Assembly: GCF_001194135.2 (NCBI RefSeq)
Contig: NC_068986.1
Span: 100,063,492-100,102,031, forward strand
Direction of reading: 5' to 3'
Length of the DNA: 38,540 nucleotides
Source of the DNA: Octopus bimaculoides
Lineage: Eukaryota
This document shows positions 1 through 13,346 of this stretch, in pieces (within the stretch, counting starts at the first letter, position 1; the number at the start of each line of letters is the position of its first letter). A program made the position numbers and the translations under genes. Below the pieces are notes generated by a model. It saw only the letters and a program-made list of their open reading frames with translations. It was not told the origin of the DNA and ran no database searches.

Positions 1-799
1 TATACATGTATATATATATATGTTTACGTATCTGTCTATCACTTTATATGCAGGTACTTACACACAGACGCGAGCACATACATACATTTACGCGCATATA
101 AAATTTAATTATGAATATGTTTATCTTCTGGAAAAAATTATGCTTCGTCAAAAATAAATGTTTTGTGTGTATATGTTTTATTGCAGTTCAACAGTTACTC
201 AGGCTTTCATGTAATCGTTCTCTAGGAGGAAGTCGTACTCGAACAAAATAAATATGATGATACTCTACCTTTCTTATTCGTGTAGTTTTTCGCAACCTCA
301 TTCATCCCATGTTGTTCTCCTGTGTATGTATGTATGTATGTATGTATGTATATGTGTATGCGTGTGAATGTATGTATGTAGTTACATAAATAAAAAATAT
401 ATGTATTTACATACATATGTAAATGTATGCATCTATCTATCTATAATAACAGTATATATTATATATCGTAATGGTATTTATCCTCCGATTTGAAGCGGAA
501 TTTTTAAATATAAATAAATGACTGAAAAATGATGAGCTAACATCAGGTGGAATAGAACTCACAATTCGATGCTTCATGGCTTCTTGCGAATCGGATTGAT
601 CAAACTCTCCCCCATCAATTTCAATCAAATTTAGTTAATATATATTTAAACTGCATGCTACTACATAAATAATACTTTTATAAACAAACCCCAAAGGCTT
701 TTCGAGTTACGGAGAGAAGCTAATATGGAAGGCTCACAGTATGAATTATATAATAATAACTGAATATAATATATATTATAATGATATATATTCTCCAAT

Positions 800-1925
800 T
801 CGAAGTACCAACCCCACCGTCACCCGTCTACCCTAACCCATCAACTACAACCCCGCCAACCTTCCTCTTCGACGCACTATTCTTCGAGTCTTCCGGTGAC
901 TCCATTCCGACAACTCCTCGTCGCACATCTTCTACAACCGACTCCTCCCCTCCTCAAACGAGCCCTCAACCTTCGTAAGCTCCTGATGCACAGTTTCTTC
1001 CCTAACCCAACCTTCCAACCCGGCTCGTTCCCCTGCTCCTGCCCTCGCTGCCGCACTTGCCCTATATCTCTAACACCACCATCCTCACAGGCACCCATCA
1101 TCGACCCTATCATATCACTGTCTCCCTCACCTGCTCTTCTAGCAACGTCATCTACTGCATCTCCTGCTCTCTCTGTCATTCTCTCTTCGTCGGTCAGACG
1201 GGATGCNNNNNNNNNNNNNNNNNNNNNNNNNNNNNNNNNNNNNNNNNNNNNNNNNNNNNNNNNNNNNNNNNNNNNNNNNNNNNNNNNNNNNNNNNNNNNN
1301 NNNNNNNNNNNNNNNNNNNNNNNNNNNNNNNNNNNNNNNNNNNNNNNNNNNNNNNNNNNNNNNNNNNNNNNNNNNNNNNNNNNNNNNNNNNNNNNNNNNN
1401 NNNNNNNNNNNNNNNNNNNNNNNNNNNNNNNNNNNNCACTCCGGTTGCGCGCCATTTCCACCACTCCGGTTTCGAGCCATTTCGCTCTACTGGTCATTCT
1501 TTACAACACTTGTCTGTGTTCGGATTGTTCTCGCAAAGAGGCCATCCGGACACCCGTCTTCACTGAGAAGGGGATTCATCTTATCTCTTCGCTCCTTTGC
1601 GTCACATGGGCTCAACTCTCCTCTCCCCTTCATCTAATCCACCTCCTCTTCATCTAACCCACCCTCTCTCTCCTCTCTTCCTCTCACACCTATTTCCTCC
1701 ATTCACTCCCACCCACCTCTCCTCTCCTGTCTTGCTTAGGCACTTACTTCCTCTCTTCACTCCTACCTACCTTCTCCCTTCTCCCGGCTCCCTTCTCCCT
1801 TCATAGTCACCCCTCCATCGTTACCCCACCCCTACACATTCCAACCCCACCATCCCCAAACATCCCACTAAACCCACCCCACCNNNNNNNNNNTTTGTTG
1901 TTTACACACCCGTTTTCGTCTTTTG
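800..1925 (+). mobile_element. Penelope-like retroelement remnant: RT-EN linker, GIY-YIG endonuclease (frameshifted, partly in N gap) and pyrimidine-rich 3' region
   Basis: Joining frames gives RLP*PINYNPANLPLRRTILRVFR*LHSD..KRALNLRKLLMHS..PGSFPCSCPRCRTCP/YISN..LTCSSSNVIYCISCSLCHSLFVGQTG[gap]PVARHF..HSLQHLSVFGL..EKGFILSLRSFASHGLNS. VIY..FVGQT is the GIY-YIG signature, preceded by a Cys-rich segment typical of PLE endonucleases. Boundaries approximate. Confidence 0.85.
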
Positions 1926-1949
1926 TTTGTCTTTTATAAATTCCAACTA

Positions 1950-2013
1950 TATATGTATATATATATGCCTCTACACGTATATATGTGTGTGTGTATAGAT
2001 ATATATATAAATA

Positions 2014-2049
<36 letters not shown>

Positions 2050-2212
2050 TATATGTATGTATGTATATATATTTATATATGTATTTATATATGTATATAT
2101 ATATATGTATGTACGTATGTATATATATTCATATATGTATTTATATATGTATATATATATATGTATGTATGTATGTATATATATATATATATATATAATA
2201 TGTGTATGTATG
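1950..2212. repeat. Compound (TA)n/(TACA)n/(TATG)n microsatellite
   Basis: Directly visible; generates spurious poly-IY/YI ORFs. Confidence 0.95.
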
Positions 2213-2515
2213 TAAATCGACACTCCATGCTGCATTCCAATTTAATATATTTGTGATGAGATTAGTCTGGTTGATGACGGTTACCGCTCGTATTTTGCAT
2301 GAAGTATAACAACTGCTATTTCCCCAAATCATTAGCTGAGTAAATGAAGTTATAACGGAGAATATAACTTCTGTCTTAGGGGCCTTATATGTAGAAGCAC
2401 TGTTTTCTATATACAACTAATCGTTATTATAACTTACCTTCACTTCTCTCCATATACATATTTTCATGCAGGCACATATATATTTAAATGTACTTACGTG
2501 CATATGGCCGAGGAT

Positions 2516-2583
2516 TTACTGATTTCTTCTAATCTAATACATTCCTGATTAGCTGGTTTCTTCTAATTTACTACATTCCTGAT
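2516..2583. repeat. 34-bp imperfect tandem duplication (2 copies)
   Basis: ttactgatttcttctaatctaatacattcctgat (2516-2549) followed by tagctggtttcttctaatttactacattcctgat (2550-2583). Confidence 0.85.
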
Positions 2584-2965
2584 AATTTTAATTCCTTTTT
2601 ATAGCTCGTATATGTGTGTCGGGTTCATAGTATTGTCTTGTGGCGTGGAACTCTACTCCCATACTCCAGCTAAAGCTTTCGAATAATTATACATTATACA
2701 TATGTTAATTATGTAATATCTTTCCAACACAACTCTCACTATATTCATACATACATACAAACATACATATATGTGATTAAATATATATGTATATATGTGT
2801 GTGTGTATGTGTGTGTCTCACCTTCTCTCTCTCTCTTCTCTTTATATATATATATATATATATATATAACGTGAGAGAGTTAGGGGTTGGGGGTACAACC
2901 CACTAAGGGATAGTATCTATCCAGTATACTGCTGGGAGGGTACCCAATTATTGCTACGCTAGTGC

Positions 2966-2967
2966 TA

Positions 2968-3003
<36 letters not shown>

Positions 3004-3818
3004 NNNNNNNNNNNNNNNNNNNNNNNNNNNNNNNNNNNNNNNNNNNNNNNNNNNNNNNNNNNNNNNNNNNNNNNNNNNNNNNNNNNNNNNNNNNNNNNNN
3101 NNNNNNNNNNNNNNNNNNNNNNNNNNNNNNNNNNNNNNNNNNNNNNNNNNNNNNNNNNNNNNNNNNNNNNNNNNNNNNNNNNNNNNNNNNNNNNNNNNNN
3201 NNNNNNNNNNNNNNNNNNNNNNNNNNNNNNNNNNNNNNNNNNNNNNNNNNNNNNNNNNNNNNNNNNNNNNNNNNNNNNNNNNNNNNNNNNNNNNNNNNNN
3301 NNNNNNNNNNNNNNNNNNNNNNNNNNNNNNNNNNNNNNNNNNNNNNNNNNNNNNNNNNNNNNNNNNNNNNNNNNNNNNNNNNNNNNNNNNNNNNNNNNNN
3401 NNNNNNNNNNNNNNNNNNNNNNNNNNNNNNNNNNNNNNNNNNNNNNNNNNNNNNNNNNNNNNNNNNNNNNNNNNNNNNNNNNNNNNNNNNNNNNNNNNNN
3501 NNNNNNNNNNNNNNNNNNNNNNNNNNNNNNNNNNNNNNNNNNNNNNNNNNNNNNNNNNNNNNNNNNNNNNNNNNNNNNNNNNNNNNNNNNNNNNNNNNNN
3601 NNNNNNNNNNNNNNNNNNNNNNNNNNNNNNNNNNNNNNNNNNNNNNNNNNNNNNNNNNNNNNNNNNNNNNNNNNNNNNNNNNNNNNNNNNNNNNNNNNNN
3701 NNNNNNNNNNNNNNNNNNNNNNNNNNNNNNNNNNNNNNNNNNNNNNNNNNNNNNNNNNNNNNNNNNNNNNNNNNNNNNNNNNNNNNNNNNNNNNNNNNNN
3801 NNNNNNNNNNNNNNNNNN

Positions 3819-3877
<59 letters not shown>

Positions 3878-3903
3878 CACACACACACACACATATATAT
3901 ACA
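2966..3903. repeat. (TA)n/(CA)n microsatellite flanking an assembly gap (N 3004-3818)
   Basis: Directly visible. Confidence 0.9.
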
Positions 3904-3914
3904 CGCATGCATGT

Positions 3915-4055
3915 ACGACATTATTCAGTATATTTCAAGATTTCTTGTAATTAGAAAATGAACCGGTTTCTAACCTAGATCCAAGTCTCCTTCATTGGAA
4001 ATTCAACGTCAACAACAGGGTATTTTTGTATGTATGTATGTATGTATGTATGTGC
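3915..4055 (-). mobile_element. Probable 3' tail fragment of an interspersed LINE/SINE family
   Basis: Minus strand CCCTGTTGTTGACGTTGAATTTCCAATGAAGGAGACTTGGATCTAGGTTAGAAACCGGTTC..AAGAAATCTTGAAATATACTGAATAATG resembles a common cephalopod retroelement tail (recalled, not searched). Confidence 0.4.
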
Positions 4056-4243
4056 AGATTTGTATGTTTTATGTATGTATTCTCATGCATATAGTTACAT
4101 ATCTAGAATGCTCTTAAATATTTAAAAGATGAACTTCTCGAAAGTTTTACATATTTTTACAGTATGAATGCATAAATGTATGTATGTACAGACAGATCCA
4201 GGAAGAAACAACAGACGTCATTTGGACGTAAGCAATGAATATA

Positions 4244-4680
4244 TGAGAATGAGGCTCAGTGGAAATTTTAGATTGAAAAATAGTAGAAATGACGTTTCGG
4301 CCATGTCGCTTTCGTCGGATGAAAGAAAAAGTCAAGAGATGAGGCTAAGAAAGAAAGAACAGGTAGTCCGTATGTTATATGACGAAAAGGTTAACTGACC
4401 GAAATTTGGAGAGAGTTAGAGTTTGTGGATTTTTGAAGCCAGAAGAATGCAAAAATGTTCATTTTGTGTGCGTAAGTGTCTGTGTATGTATGCGTTTATG
4501 TTTGTGTGTGCGTGTGATTGTGTGGCGACCTTTAAGTGAGCGGAAATGTGTGGAAGAAAAGTGGAGGGAGAGAATTTGGGAAGAAGGAAAGGAAATGAGA
4601 ATGGGATTGGTGAAAGAGATGGAAATTGGAAGCTCTTACAAGTGGCAGGATGTTTTAGATCCAAATGGCGTATGAGTTTC
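4244..4680 (-). mobile_element. Decayed Penelope-like 3' end (pLTR-like): endonuclease C-terminal remnant, pyrimidine-rich UTR and hammerhead relic
   Basis: Minus frame YEKLIRHLDLKHPATCKSFQF resembles the E..LI..L...P.G.N end of PLE GIY-YIG ORFs. It is followed by a C/T-rich tract and CATCCGACGAAAGCGACATGGCCGAAACGTCATT. Confidence 0.45.
4288..4323 (-). ncRNA. Degenerate minimal type I hammerhead ribozyme relic
   Basis: CAT-CCGACGA-A-AGC-GACATG-GCC-GAAACGTC-ATT: core CUGANGA is mutated to CCGACGA, GAAACGUC is intact, and stems I and II carry mismatches. Confidence 0.5.
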
Positions 4681-4686
4681 TCGTAC

Positions 4687-4688
<2 letters not shown>

Positions 4689-4741
<53 letters not shown>

Positions 4742-4748
4742 CGCACAT

Positions 4749-4810
<62 letters not shown>
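4689..4810. repeat. (CT)n followed by (CA)n microsatellite
   Basis: Directly visible. Confidence 0.95.
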
Positions 4811-4811
<1 letters not shown>

Positions 4812-7800
4812 CACACAAATACACATCGATTCACGCGTAACCACACAAATATGTATATATGTATGTACATGTGTGTTTGTATGCATGTGAGTGTGCGTGT
4901 GTGCATTCAGAGGTCTGATAACTACAGTGAAACGCTCGAAAGTAATTCTGGGTGTGACTAAAATAGTTAAATCATGATCGTTCGTCCGACAATATATGTC
5001 TCTCTTTCCCTCGCTTTTTCTCTCCTTTCACACTCTCCTAGTCATTTCGGAATTGCCTCGCCAAAACACGTGAAAGAAGCTAAGCATGAATCTATCAGTC
5101 CATAGGGCTGTTATGGATTGGCTTTGGTATTTTTCTACACCTTTGGCCTAAATACAGATCCTTTCTGTATGCAGTGGAAATGTTTCTTTACAGATCAAAT
5201 ACATGCCAAAAGATATTTGAACTCTCTTAAAGTGTATATGTATACATACATCCATAAAGCAAAGTGGCACATAGATCTCATAAAGAATTTTATGGGAACA
5301 CACACATGCACGCACACACATACACGAACAGACACACATAAACGCACACATACATTCACAGCCATGCAGACACATACACAAACACACACACGCAGAAACA
5401 AACGCACACACACACACGCAGACATACTCAAAACATTCTGTATATCTCGTCGGGTATTGATCAATTGTGGTCTCAGGTCCGACAATATTGCTTAACTGTA
5501 TAGTATCGCTAATGTAAGCTGCTAGTATTTAAATGAGTGTACACGAAAGAAGAGCTGTAAAAATGTGAGAACGAGTAGTAACAGAAAAAAAAAAAGGTCT
5601 GAAAGTCGTCTGATGTGTAAAAAGGGAAACTACAAAACGAAACATTATATATACTAGATAATCATAGAAAATCTTTCGACTCTGTGATTAAAGTAACATG
5701 CACTATGCAAAATAACATTAATAGGAGAGATATTGTGCTTTTCTGGTTCATGGCAGAAAATAAACCAAGTATCACAATAAAGATTAATTCCAAAAAGAAT
5801 ACGTAGAAGTGCTTTTATCTCCATTTATCTTCTTTATATAACATGCTGTGAAAATACGTCTGACAAAGGTGAAACCTCATTCTATTTAATTATCTACTTT
5901 ATTCTCTATTATGTTTATAATAATAACGAACATGTATTACATGTGTAACGAGAGATTTGCGCATAAAATTCCCTTCGTCTCCCACATTGAAAATCTTTAA
6001 GAATTCCATACATTCGTACTGAAATGTTTGATAGTATAGTATAAACATATAATTTGTTCATATGGACTATATAAAATGTTTAATATAACAAATGTATGAA
6101 AGCACATATTTACTATGTGATCATTCTTGTTTACGGCCATGACCGCTTACCAAATTAACAATTGGCATTACAGTCACCAACGCACAGCTGTATATTAATC
6201 AATGTGTCTTTCATATTTTGAAACAGTAGTGTGTTTATTAGAGTTCGGTTTGATTGCAATCTCTAGCATCTCGTGCACACCAAAGATTCTCTCCCGTTTT
6301 TGCTTTGAAAGAGAAGTCATTTTTCTGCCTTCTATATGATTAGTGTTAAATAAAGGATGGAAAAGAATTTAAGTGACGGAATGTGACAGAATCAATTTGA
6401 CGGACTGTGCACGTTTAGTAATAGGATACTGGTGTTTATATTCTTGGTGTTGATTAATAAAAGCAAATTTGAATGAGAAGTGTGCTATATCACAAAACTT
6501 ACTGAGAAGGTGATAATATATCATATACATTGTCACAAATGAAAGGTAACACTTTCCAATCAGGTAAACAGGAATATCGGTAAAAATCTAAAATCAAAGC
6601 AAGTGTGAAATAAATATTCAGAAAATAAAATATAATGAAAAATATTCTTCGAAAGGGGAATAACTTGGTATATATGACGTAACTTTTATCGACAAATATT
6701 AGTCGTATAAAACTTAAAACTAGATGTATTCATCCATAAATATCAGCTAAGTGAAAAAAAAAAGGAGAAAGCTCTAAATTGGCAATCATTCTGTTAGAAA
6801 GGGCAACCAAATCCTCCTCAAATTATACATACAGATTTAAAAGAAATGGAATGCTGTTCTGAATAATTAAAAGACAAAAAAAAAAGAAGAAAAAGGAAGA
6901 TACTAGGTGGCAAATCGAATGCTCATACGTCTGTACAATTAGATCTGATGACTATACAAATTAAAATATAAGATAAAGCAAACAACAACGCTCAGTTGCA
7001 CTGAAAAATCATATAGAAGCAAGGTTTAAATGATAAGAAAGATGAAAAATATACAGACATGCTTGTTAAGTGCCAAAGGCCTAGCGATCTCAAATTCTCC
7101 CGAAATTGTAAAAGTTAACAATTTGTAATTAAGCACTTCACCAGTATACATAAAATAACTATCAGGCACTAAAACATCGTGCCCACAGATTTGCTGTTTC
7201 TACACTCTACGTTTATCGTCGTTGCTCTGTATAACTGGTTTGTGTCATGCCACGGTCACCTGACCACTCGCCTCTTCTCCTTCATTTTTCCACTCACCTG
7301 TAATATATTGGCCCTTAGCCAAGCCCGCTATTTACCGATACATTCAATCCTTTCTTAATAGGATGTCGAACATCTTGAAGTCCGTGCATGCTTGAACATG
7401 CGTTTCCTTTGTCCGAAGACTTTCAATTGTCCGAGTGGAACGAGTTAACGACATCAATCCCCTCAGTCGCTGGAAGCCTGTGAAATCCATGGGTGCAGCA
7501 ATTTGTTTGGGCTAAAGTGATAACAAAAGAACATTCAACATTGTGTGTATTTCTATTCAACAAACTTAAGATCTGAGTGGAAGACAAAATTGTATTAATT
7601 TACCAAAAAAAGTAAAGAAAAAATAGACCTAATGTGTAATAACCCGTTTACTAAAAATATATAAAACAATGAAATATTGTATTTTATGAAACAATATATT
7701 ATTTATTAAACAATAATATAAATGAAATTATTTAATTAAAATAAGTTATGTAATGTTAGTTTTGAATTATCAATGATTTATTAACAGCGATGAAACAAGT

Positions 7801-8159
7801 ATTATTAAAATATTAATATAAACTACTTAAAAAGTAAACATGTGCTTCTTAAGTGGACGATATATCTTACGAGATATTAGAAAAACGTCAAAAGGCAATT
7901 ATGAATGTAAAGAACAATTTTGGTAAATCGATTTTATAATAAGCAAAGTTCATAGCATGTACTGGTTTGTTTACCAAAAAGCTATATGCCTGAATGTTGA
8001 TGACACTCTAAATCACTAGCAAACAATCAGGGTGTCGCCACTTTCTGAGTATGTTTTTATATGCACAACGAAAGTAATAACTATTTATAAAAAAGAAAAG
8101 TATTGCAACATACTGAGTGCCAAATAAAATGCGTTAATGTAATTGTTTATAATTTAGAT

Positions 8160-8330
8160 CAAAGCCAACAGTTTTGAAGGGAGGGTATTAGTGCATACCA
8201 TCGACCCCAGAACTTGACTGGTAGTTCATTTTATCGACCACGGAGGGATGAAAAGTACAGTCGAGTCTGGTGGGATTCTAAATAAGATTACGGAAAACAA
8301 GAATAAATACACTAAAGCATTGTATTCTAC
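8160..8330 (-). mobile_element. Diverged tRNA-derived SINE fragment (family B)
   Basis: catcgaccccag..actggtagttcattttatcgacc..gggatgaaaagtacagtcgag matches the younger copy at 19276-19690 (atcgaccccagt..actggtacttaatttatcgaccccgaaaggatgaaaggcaaagtcgacc). Confidence 0.7.
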
Positions 8331-9429
8331 ACCCCAGTGCCCTCACAGGGCCTTTATGCTAATTCCCAGTATAAGTGCCGATTAGAATGAATGATGAAGT
8401 GGGCCTTCCTACCCTTGATTACACCCAAACACAAGAAAACACGCCAAAAATGTTTTTTCCTATGTTTCATTGATTATTAGTTTTGTTCATTGCATCAAGT
8501 AGTAGTTATTATTTTCCAGTGCAGTTAATATATTATAGAGCTTAATATATAATATTTAATATTATTATGGTTCTATGCACAATGTGTACGAAAATATTCG
8601 CATTTGCTATAATGTTCAACGAGCGTGAGTAATGGGACCACTGATAGACATAAACAAACCAAACCCAATTCTCATCCAGTATATACACCATAGCACGTCA
8701 TATAGGAGTTATCAATATACTGAAAAGAAAAGAGAACATAATTAAAAACAGATTTATCCCAGTAAAAAGAACAATATTCTTTACTGCAACAATGTTTCAT
8801 TCAAACTGTGACTCCAGTATCAATTATGTTTAATGAAGCTGCCAATAGTTACAGCTATAAAGCATCTCGAAATCGATAATTTACTACTATATAAACTATG
8901 TGCAACAGTAAATAACGACTTGGATAATCTGTTAACACAATCGTATGGATTCATCAGTTATAAAAAAAACAATGAGTTCGCAGATTTTAATGAATTCAGT
9001 TAAATCCAGTGATGAGTGAGGAATCTAATATTCCAGAATTTATTTTTTATCAGAGTTAGGAAAGGGAAGGGGAGGAGGAAGAGAGAGAGACAAGGAGGAG
9101 AAAGAGAGAGGAGGAGAGGTAGAGAAGTCGGAAAGAAAGAATGTTATGTTTCTTTTGTGTCTACCGTAAAGTAAAACAGGCAACGACAGAAAGATCGCCC
9201 ATAGGTTTTTTTCTCTTGATGCACTCTGATGGATGTGAAGTTAGAAGCAGATCGTAAGGGTGACTTGAAACATCTAGAAACTGGAATATGAGCATATCTT
9301 GTCTCGCCTTGTATATATTTATACACACACACATATATTATTTAGGCTGGTTCAACTGCTTGTTATTGTATTTCGTCCGTTCATATTATACTCAGTGATT
9401 TTCATGTAAAAAAAAAGTAGTGATTTCAA

Positions 9430-9830
9430 TTTATAGCAGAAGGCCAGTAGTGGGTAAGTCGATTGCAACAACCCCATTACTCAGTCGGTACTTATTTTCT
9501 CCATCCCGAAGAGGGCAAGGTCGATCTCGGTGGAATTCAAACCCAGAATATGAAGACGTAAAAAATGCCGCTGAGTCTCTCACCATGAAAAAAAACAGAA
9601 AATACGAACGTGGCCCAAGCAGGAATTGAACTCAAAAGTTAGAGTCAGGACAACTATTGTGAAGCTATTTGTTCCGTTGCTCTAACAAATCTGCTCGATC
9701 ACCGCCCTTATAGAAGTTCCGAATTGTAGGTACAAAGCCACAGTTTCGAGTGGCGAGAATTACACAATACCATTAAGCCTAGTACGTGACTGATACTTTA
9801 TTATACCAATCCTTGAACGAAAGCATTCAA
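9430..9830 (-). mobile_element. Cluster of diverged family B SINE fragments (about 9430-9575, 9605-9706, 9720-9823)
   Basis: aagtcgattgcaacaaccccattactcagtcggtacttattt..ggtcgatctcggtggaattcaaacccagaa..aaatgccgct and ggaattgaactcaaa..tctaac..tctgctcgatcaccgcc align by eye to the 19276-19690 copy. Confidence 0.65.
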
Positions 9831-10707
9831 ACCTGATCAGCAATTCTTTTCTACTACATGGTAATCTACATGTTGACCATGAAGTCAATAAAAAGGTGTG
9901 CCCCATTACCAACACTTACATTGTACAAGTCATTCGAAACATTGCACAAACATTCACTACTGCTTTCTTCAATTTTTTTTTGGCTCTATTAGATCCAGTT
10001 CAACCCAAAGTAGGGCTCAGCTGATTAATATATAAGTCCTACATATTTGTACATTACATATCTGCCTTGATTCTTTATCGCTCTATTTGACATCGTATCA
10101 TCATTAGAACTACAACTGTTACGATAATTTTCAATATTTCCTCCTATTTGTGTATAATTATAATTGCAGTAGTCATTTGAATTATTATACAAATTAAATT
10201 ATCCTATGTATAAAACTTATCTTCATTGCTTTCGTTGTGTCTCGGGAGGGTCATCGTGCCAGTGATAATCACATGCAATGGTTGTATTTTATTTCATTTG
10301 TTTATTATTACAAATCGATTGGTTAATTATTTAACTAAATTATTAATAGATTATTTGATCAATCGTTCTGTAACTCAATCAAACGGCTTGGTCAAACACC
10401 TTCCGTCGACATTCGTGACCGCATCAATGACACGATATACATACCAGGAATAGAAAGGGAGTAATTAGAAAAAATAACCAATCAACCGGCATCGACTATT
10501 ACTCATATAAACAAGCATGCATACATATCAAAATATATGTACGAGCGCGCACACGTTTACGTATAATTGCGGAGTGCTGAATACAAATTTGTGTATTCAT
10601 GTTCCTGAATCATACGTAAAGGATAAGTATATGCCTTCGTAAACTGACATATTCCCCATAAGTCAATGTTTTTGTGTAGGTGACTAAATGTGGTGTATTT
10701 TGTGTAG

Positions 10708-10732
10708 GTGACTAAATCTGGCGTATTTATCG
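10708..10732 (+). CDS. Candidate 25-nt micro-exon (VTKSGVFI, phase 0 to 1) of an unidentified host gene
   Basis: ttttgtgtag|GTGACTAAATCTGGCGTATTTATCG|gtaagt: canonical acceptor and donor, one open frame. No homology support. Confidence 0.25.
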
Positions 10733-10929
10733 GTAAGTATTATTTCAGTCTCACCAATGTATTTGGTTAACTAACATATACCCGTCTATCTATGTATAGA
10801 AATTGCAAACGCAGTTAGGTACATATGCATATATACATGCATTTAGCTAGCTTCTATATATCTATATATAACAGTTGGTCAATATACTACAATGCATTAC
10901 AGATTCTCCACTCATATTACTCTCTCTAT

Positions 10930-10954
10930 CACACACAGACACACACACACACGC

Positions 10955-10991
<37 letters not shown>

Positions 10992-11477
10992 NNNNNNNNN
11001 NNNNNNNNNNNNNNNNNNNNNNNNNNNNNNNNNNNNNNNNNNNNNNNNNNNNNNNNNNNNNNNNNNNNNNNNNNNNNNNNNNNNNNNNNNNNNNNNNNNN
11101 NNNNNNNNNNNNNNNNNNNNNNNNNNNNNNNNNNNNNNNNNNNNNNNNNNNNNNNNNNNNNNNNNNNNNNNNNNNNNNNNNNNNNNNNNNNNNNNNNNNN
11201 NNNNNNNNNNNNNNNNNNNNNNNNNNNNNNNNNNNNNNNNNNNNNNNNNNNNNNNNNNNNNNNNNNNNNNNNNNNNNNNNNNNNNNNNNNNNNNNNNNNN
11301 NNNNNNNNNNNNNNNNNNNNNNNNNNNNNNNNNNNNNNNNNNNNNNNNNNNNNNNNNNNNNNNNNNNNNNNNNNNNNNNNNNNNNNNNNNNNNNNNNNNN
11401 NNNNNNNNNNNNNNNNNNNNNNNNNNNNNNNNNNNNNNNNNNNNNNNNNNNNNNNNNNNNNNNNNNNNNNNNNNNNN

Positions 11478-11508
<31 letters not shown>

Positions 11509-11546
11509 ACATATATACGTATAGATATACATATATAGAAACGTAT

Positions 11547-11586
<40 letters not shown>

Positions 11587-11620
11587 ACACATACACACAC
11601 CCACATATATATATATATCA
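10930..11620. repeat. (CA)n/(TA)n/(TG)n microsatellites around gap N 10992-11477
   Basis: Directly visible. Confidence 0.9.
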
Positions 11621-11817
11621 AAATATATATGCACGTTTAGGCATGTACATTTATGTATGTGCATATACATGTATATATACACCATTATTATTTTCTTCTC
11701 TTTCTCGACAAAATTTTACAATGTTTTTCGGTTAATCAGCAGACGATTTTCTCTGAGCAATTCATGTAATTTTGTTATTACTCTATTTCGAGGAATGATA
11801 CCTAAACTAGGCAAACC

Positions 11818-11819
<2 letters not shown>

Positions 11820-11865
<46 letters not shown>

Positions 11866-12049
11866 CCTATCTATCTATCTATTTTTTTTTTCGATCCCTT
11901 TTGATCGTACTCCCCCTTTTTCCCTTCCTACGATCCCTTTTGATCGACACCACCACTTTTTTTTCCTTCCTTCCCCCTCCCAAAAAGAAAAGCTCTACAT
12001 TGTATTTGTCCCATCTTCGTTGAGCCCTGTGTGGCTAATAAAAGAAATG

Positions 12050-12095
<46 letters not shown>

Positions 12096-12120
12096 CTTAT
12101 TTATACATATGTCTATCTAT
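11820..12120. repeat. Two (TATC)n tetranucleotide arrays (about 11820-11881 and 12049-12120)
   Basis: Directly visible; source of the SIYL repeat ORFs. Confidence 0.9.
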
Positions 12121-13312
12121 TCAGTTCTCTCCCTCACTCTTTCTCTCTCTATAAATTTCTCTCTCTATATATGTGTGTATCTTTATGTATGTATATATAT
12201 GCACACAAATGCATGCGTATATTTATGTTTATGTGCATGCACACGTAAATAACTACAAAAAAGAAGCAGTTGATATATTACTAAGATTTATAACAAGTGT
12301 TTATTTATAAATACGACTTATATAGAATACCGAATGGAATGATACCTTGTCGACTACTTTTCTGCAGTTTATGCTTGTAAACCTGTATGCCTCAAGACAT
12401 ACAGATACAAACAAAGACGGATACTCTCACACTGAATCACGCGCATTTATATATATATATATATATATGAATAGTTTTGAATCTATGAAGGATCGTTTAA
12501 CGAAGCCAAAAAACGCTAATCTATCTTTACCAATATACTTTCTCGTATCTGTAGATATATCTACAATTAATGTATTCTGAGTTTTGTCGATTTTGCATCA
12601 GATTATTCTATGGAAGCGGTGATGTTTGTAAGAAAAAAAGTCTATATTGAAAATAATATAAATATATGAAAAATATACATCGCTCCGAAATATTTATAAA
12701 TCCATTTCAACACAACGTTAATCTTTTTTATATATTCAGTATTTATCGCTTTTCGACTTCTTATTGTAAGTAACTCTGAAACATTCTTATTTATTACCAT
12801 TTTCTTTACATATCCTTTGGCGACAATTCGCATGTCTCTTTTTTTTCTTCTTTTCATCCTTTGATATCGCTTTATTTTTGTTTGCTTTGCAATAAATAAT
12901 TTTTTGTGATATGGTTTTTCACGATTTATATACTTTCCATTTTATTTTCAGCTCTTATCTGCGAAAGAAAAGAGAGGAAAAAAAACATAAACAGAAATGA
13001 AAATGGGAAGTAATATATATATATATATATATATATATANNNNNNNNNNNNNNNNNNNNNNNNNNNNNNNNNNNNNNNNNNNNNNNNNNNNNNNNNNNNN
13101 NNNNNNNNNNNNNNNNNNNNNNNNNNNNNNNNNNNNNNNNNNNNNNNNNNNNNNNNNNNNNNNNNNNNNNNNNNNNNNNNNNNNNNNNNNNNNNNNNNTA
13201 TACGTATAAATATATAAATATACATACGCATGTTTATATAGTCATAGATTTATAATTGTTTATACATATATACATTCGTGTACATAAGTGTGTGTGTGTG
13301 CTTACATATTTG

Positions 13313-13346
<34 letters not shown>

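Noticed and set aside
437-2665. - strand donor sites at 563, 2438 and 2498 and ORF 437-628
   Set aside because: No consistent open exon chain or homology; such hexamers occur by chance in AT-rich DNA.
2870-2965. G-rich ttaggggttgggg segment as telomeric repeat or G-quadruplex
   Set aside because: Not a TTAGGG array; too short, with too few G-tracts to support a call.
3965-4000. CCAATGA..GAAACCGGTT hammerhead-like arrangement on the - strand
   Set aside because: The core lacks the essential CUGA and stem I does not pair.
7298-7511. - strand exon-like segment with good acceptor (ctttag) and donor (CAG|GTGAGT)
   Set aside because: All three frames contain stops before the donor; no recognisable product.
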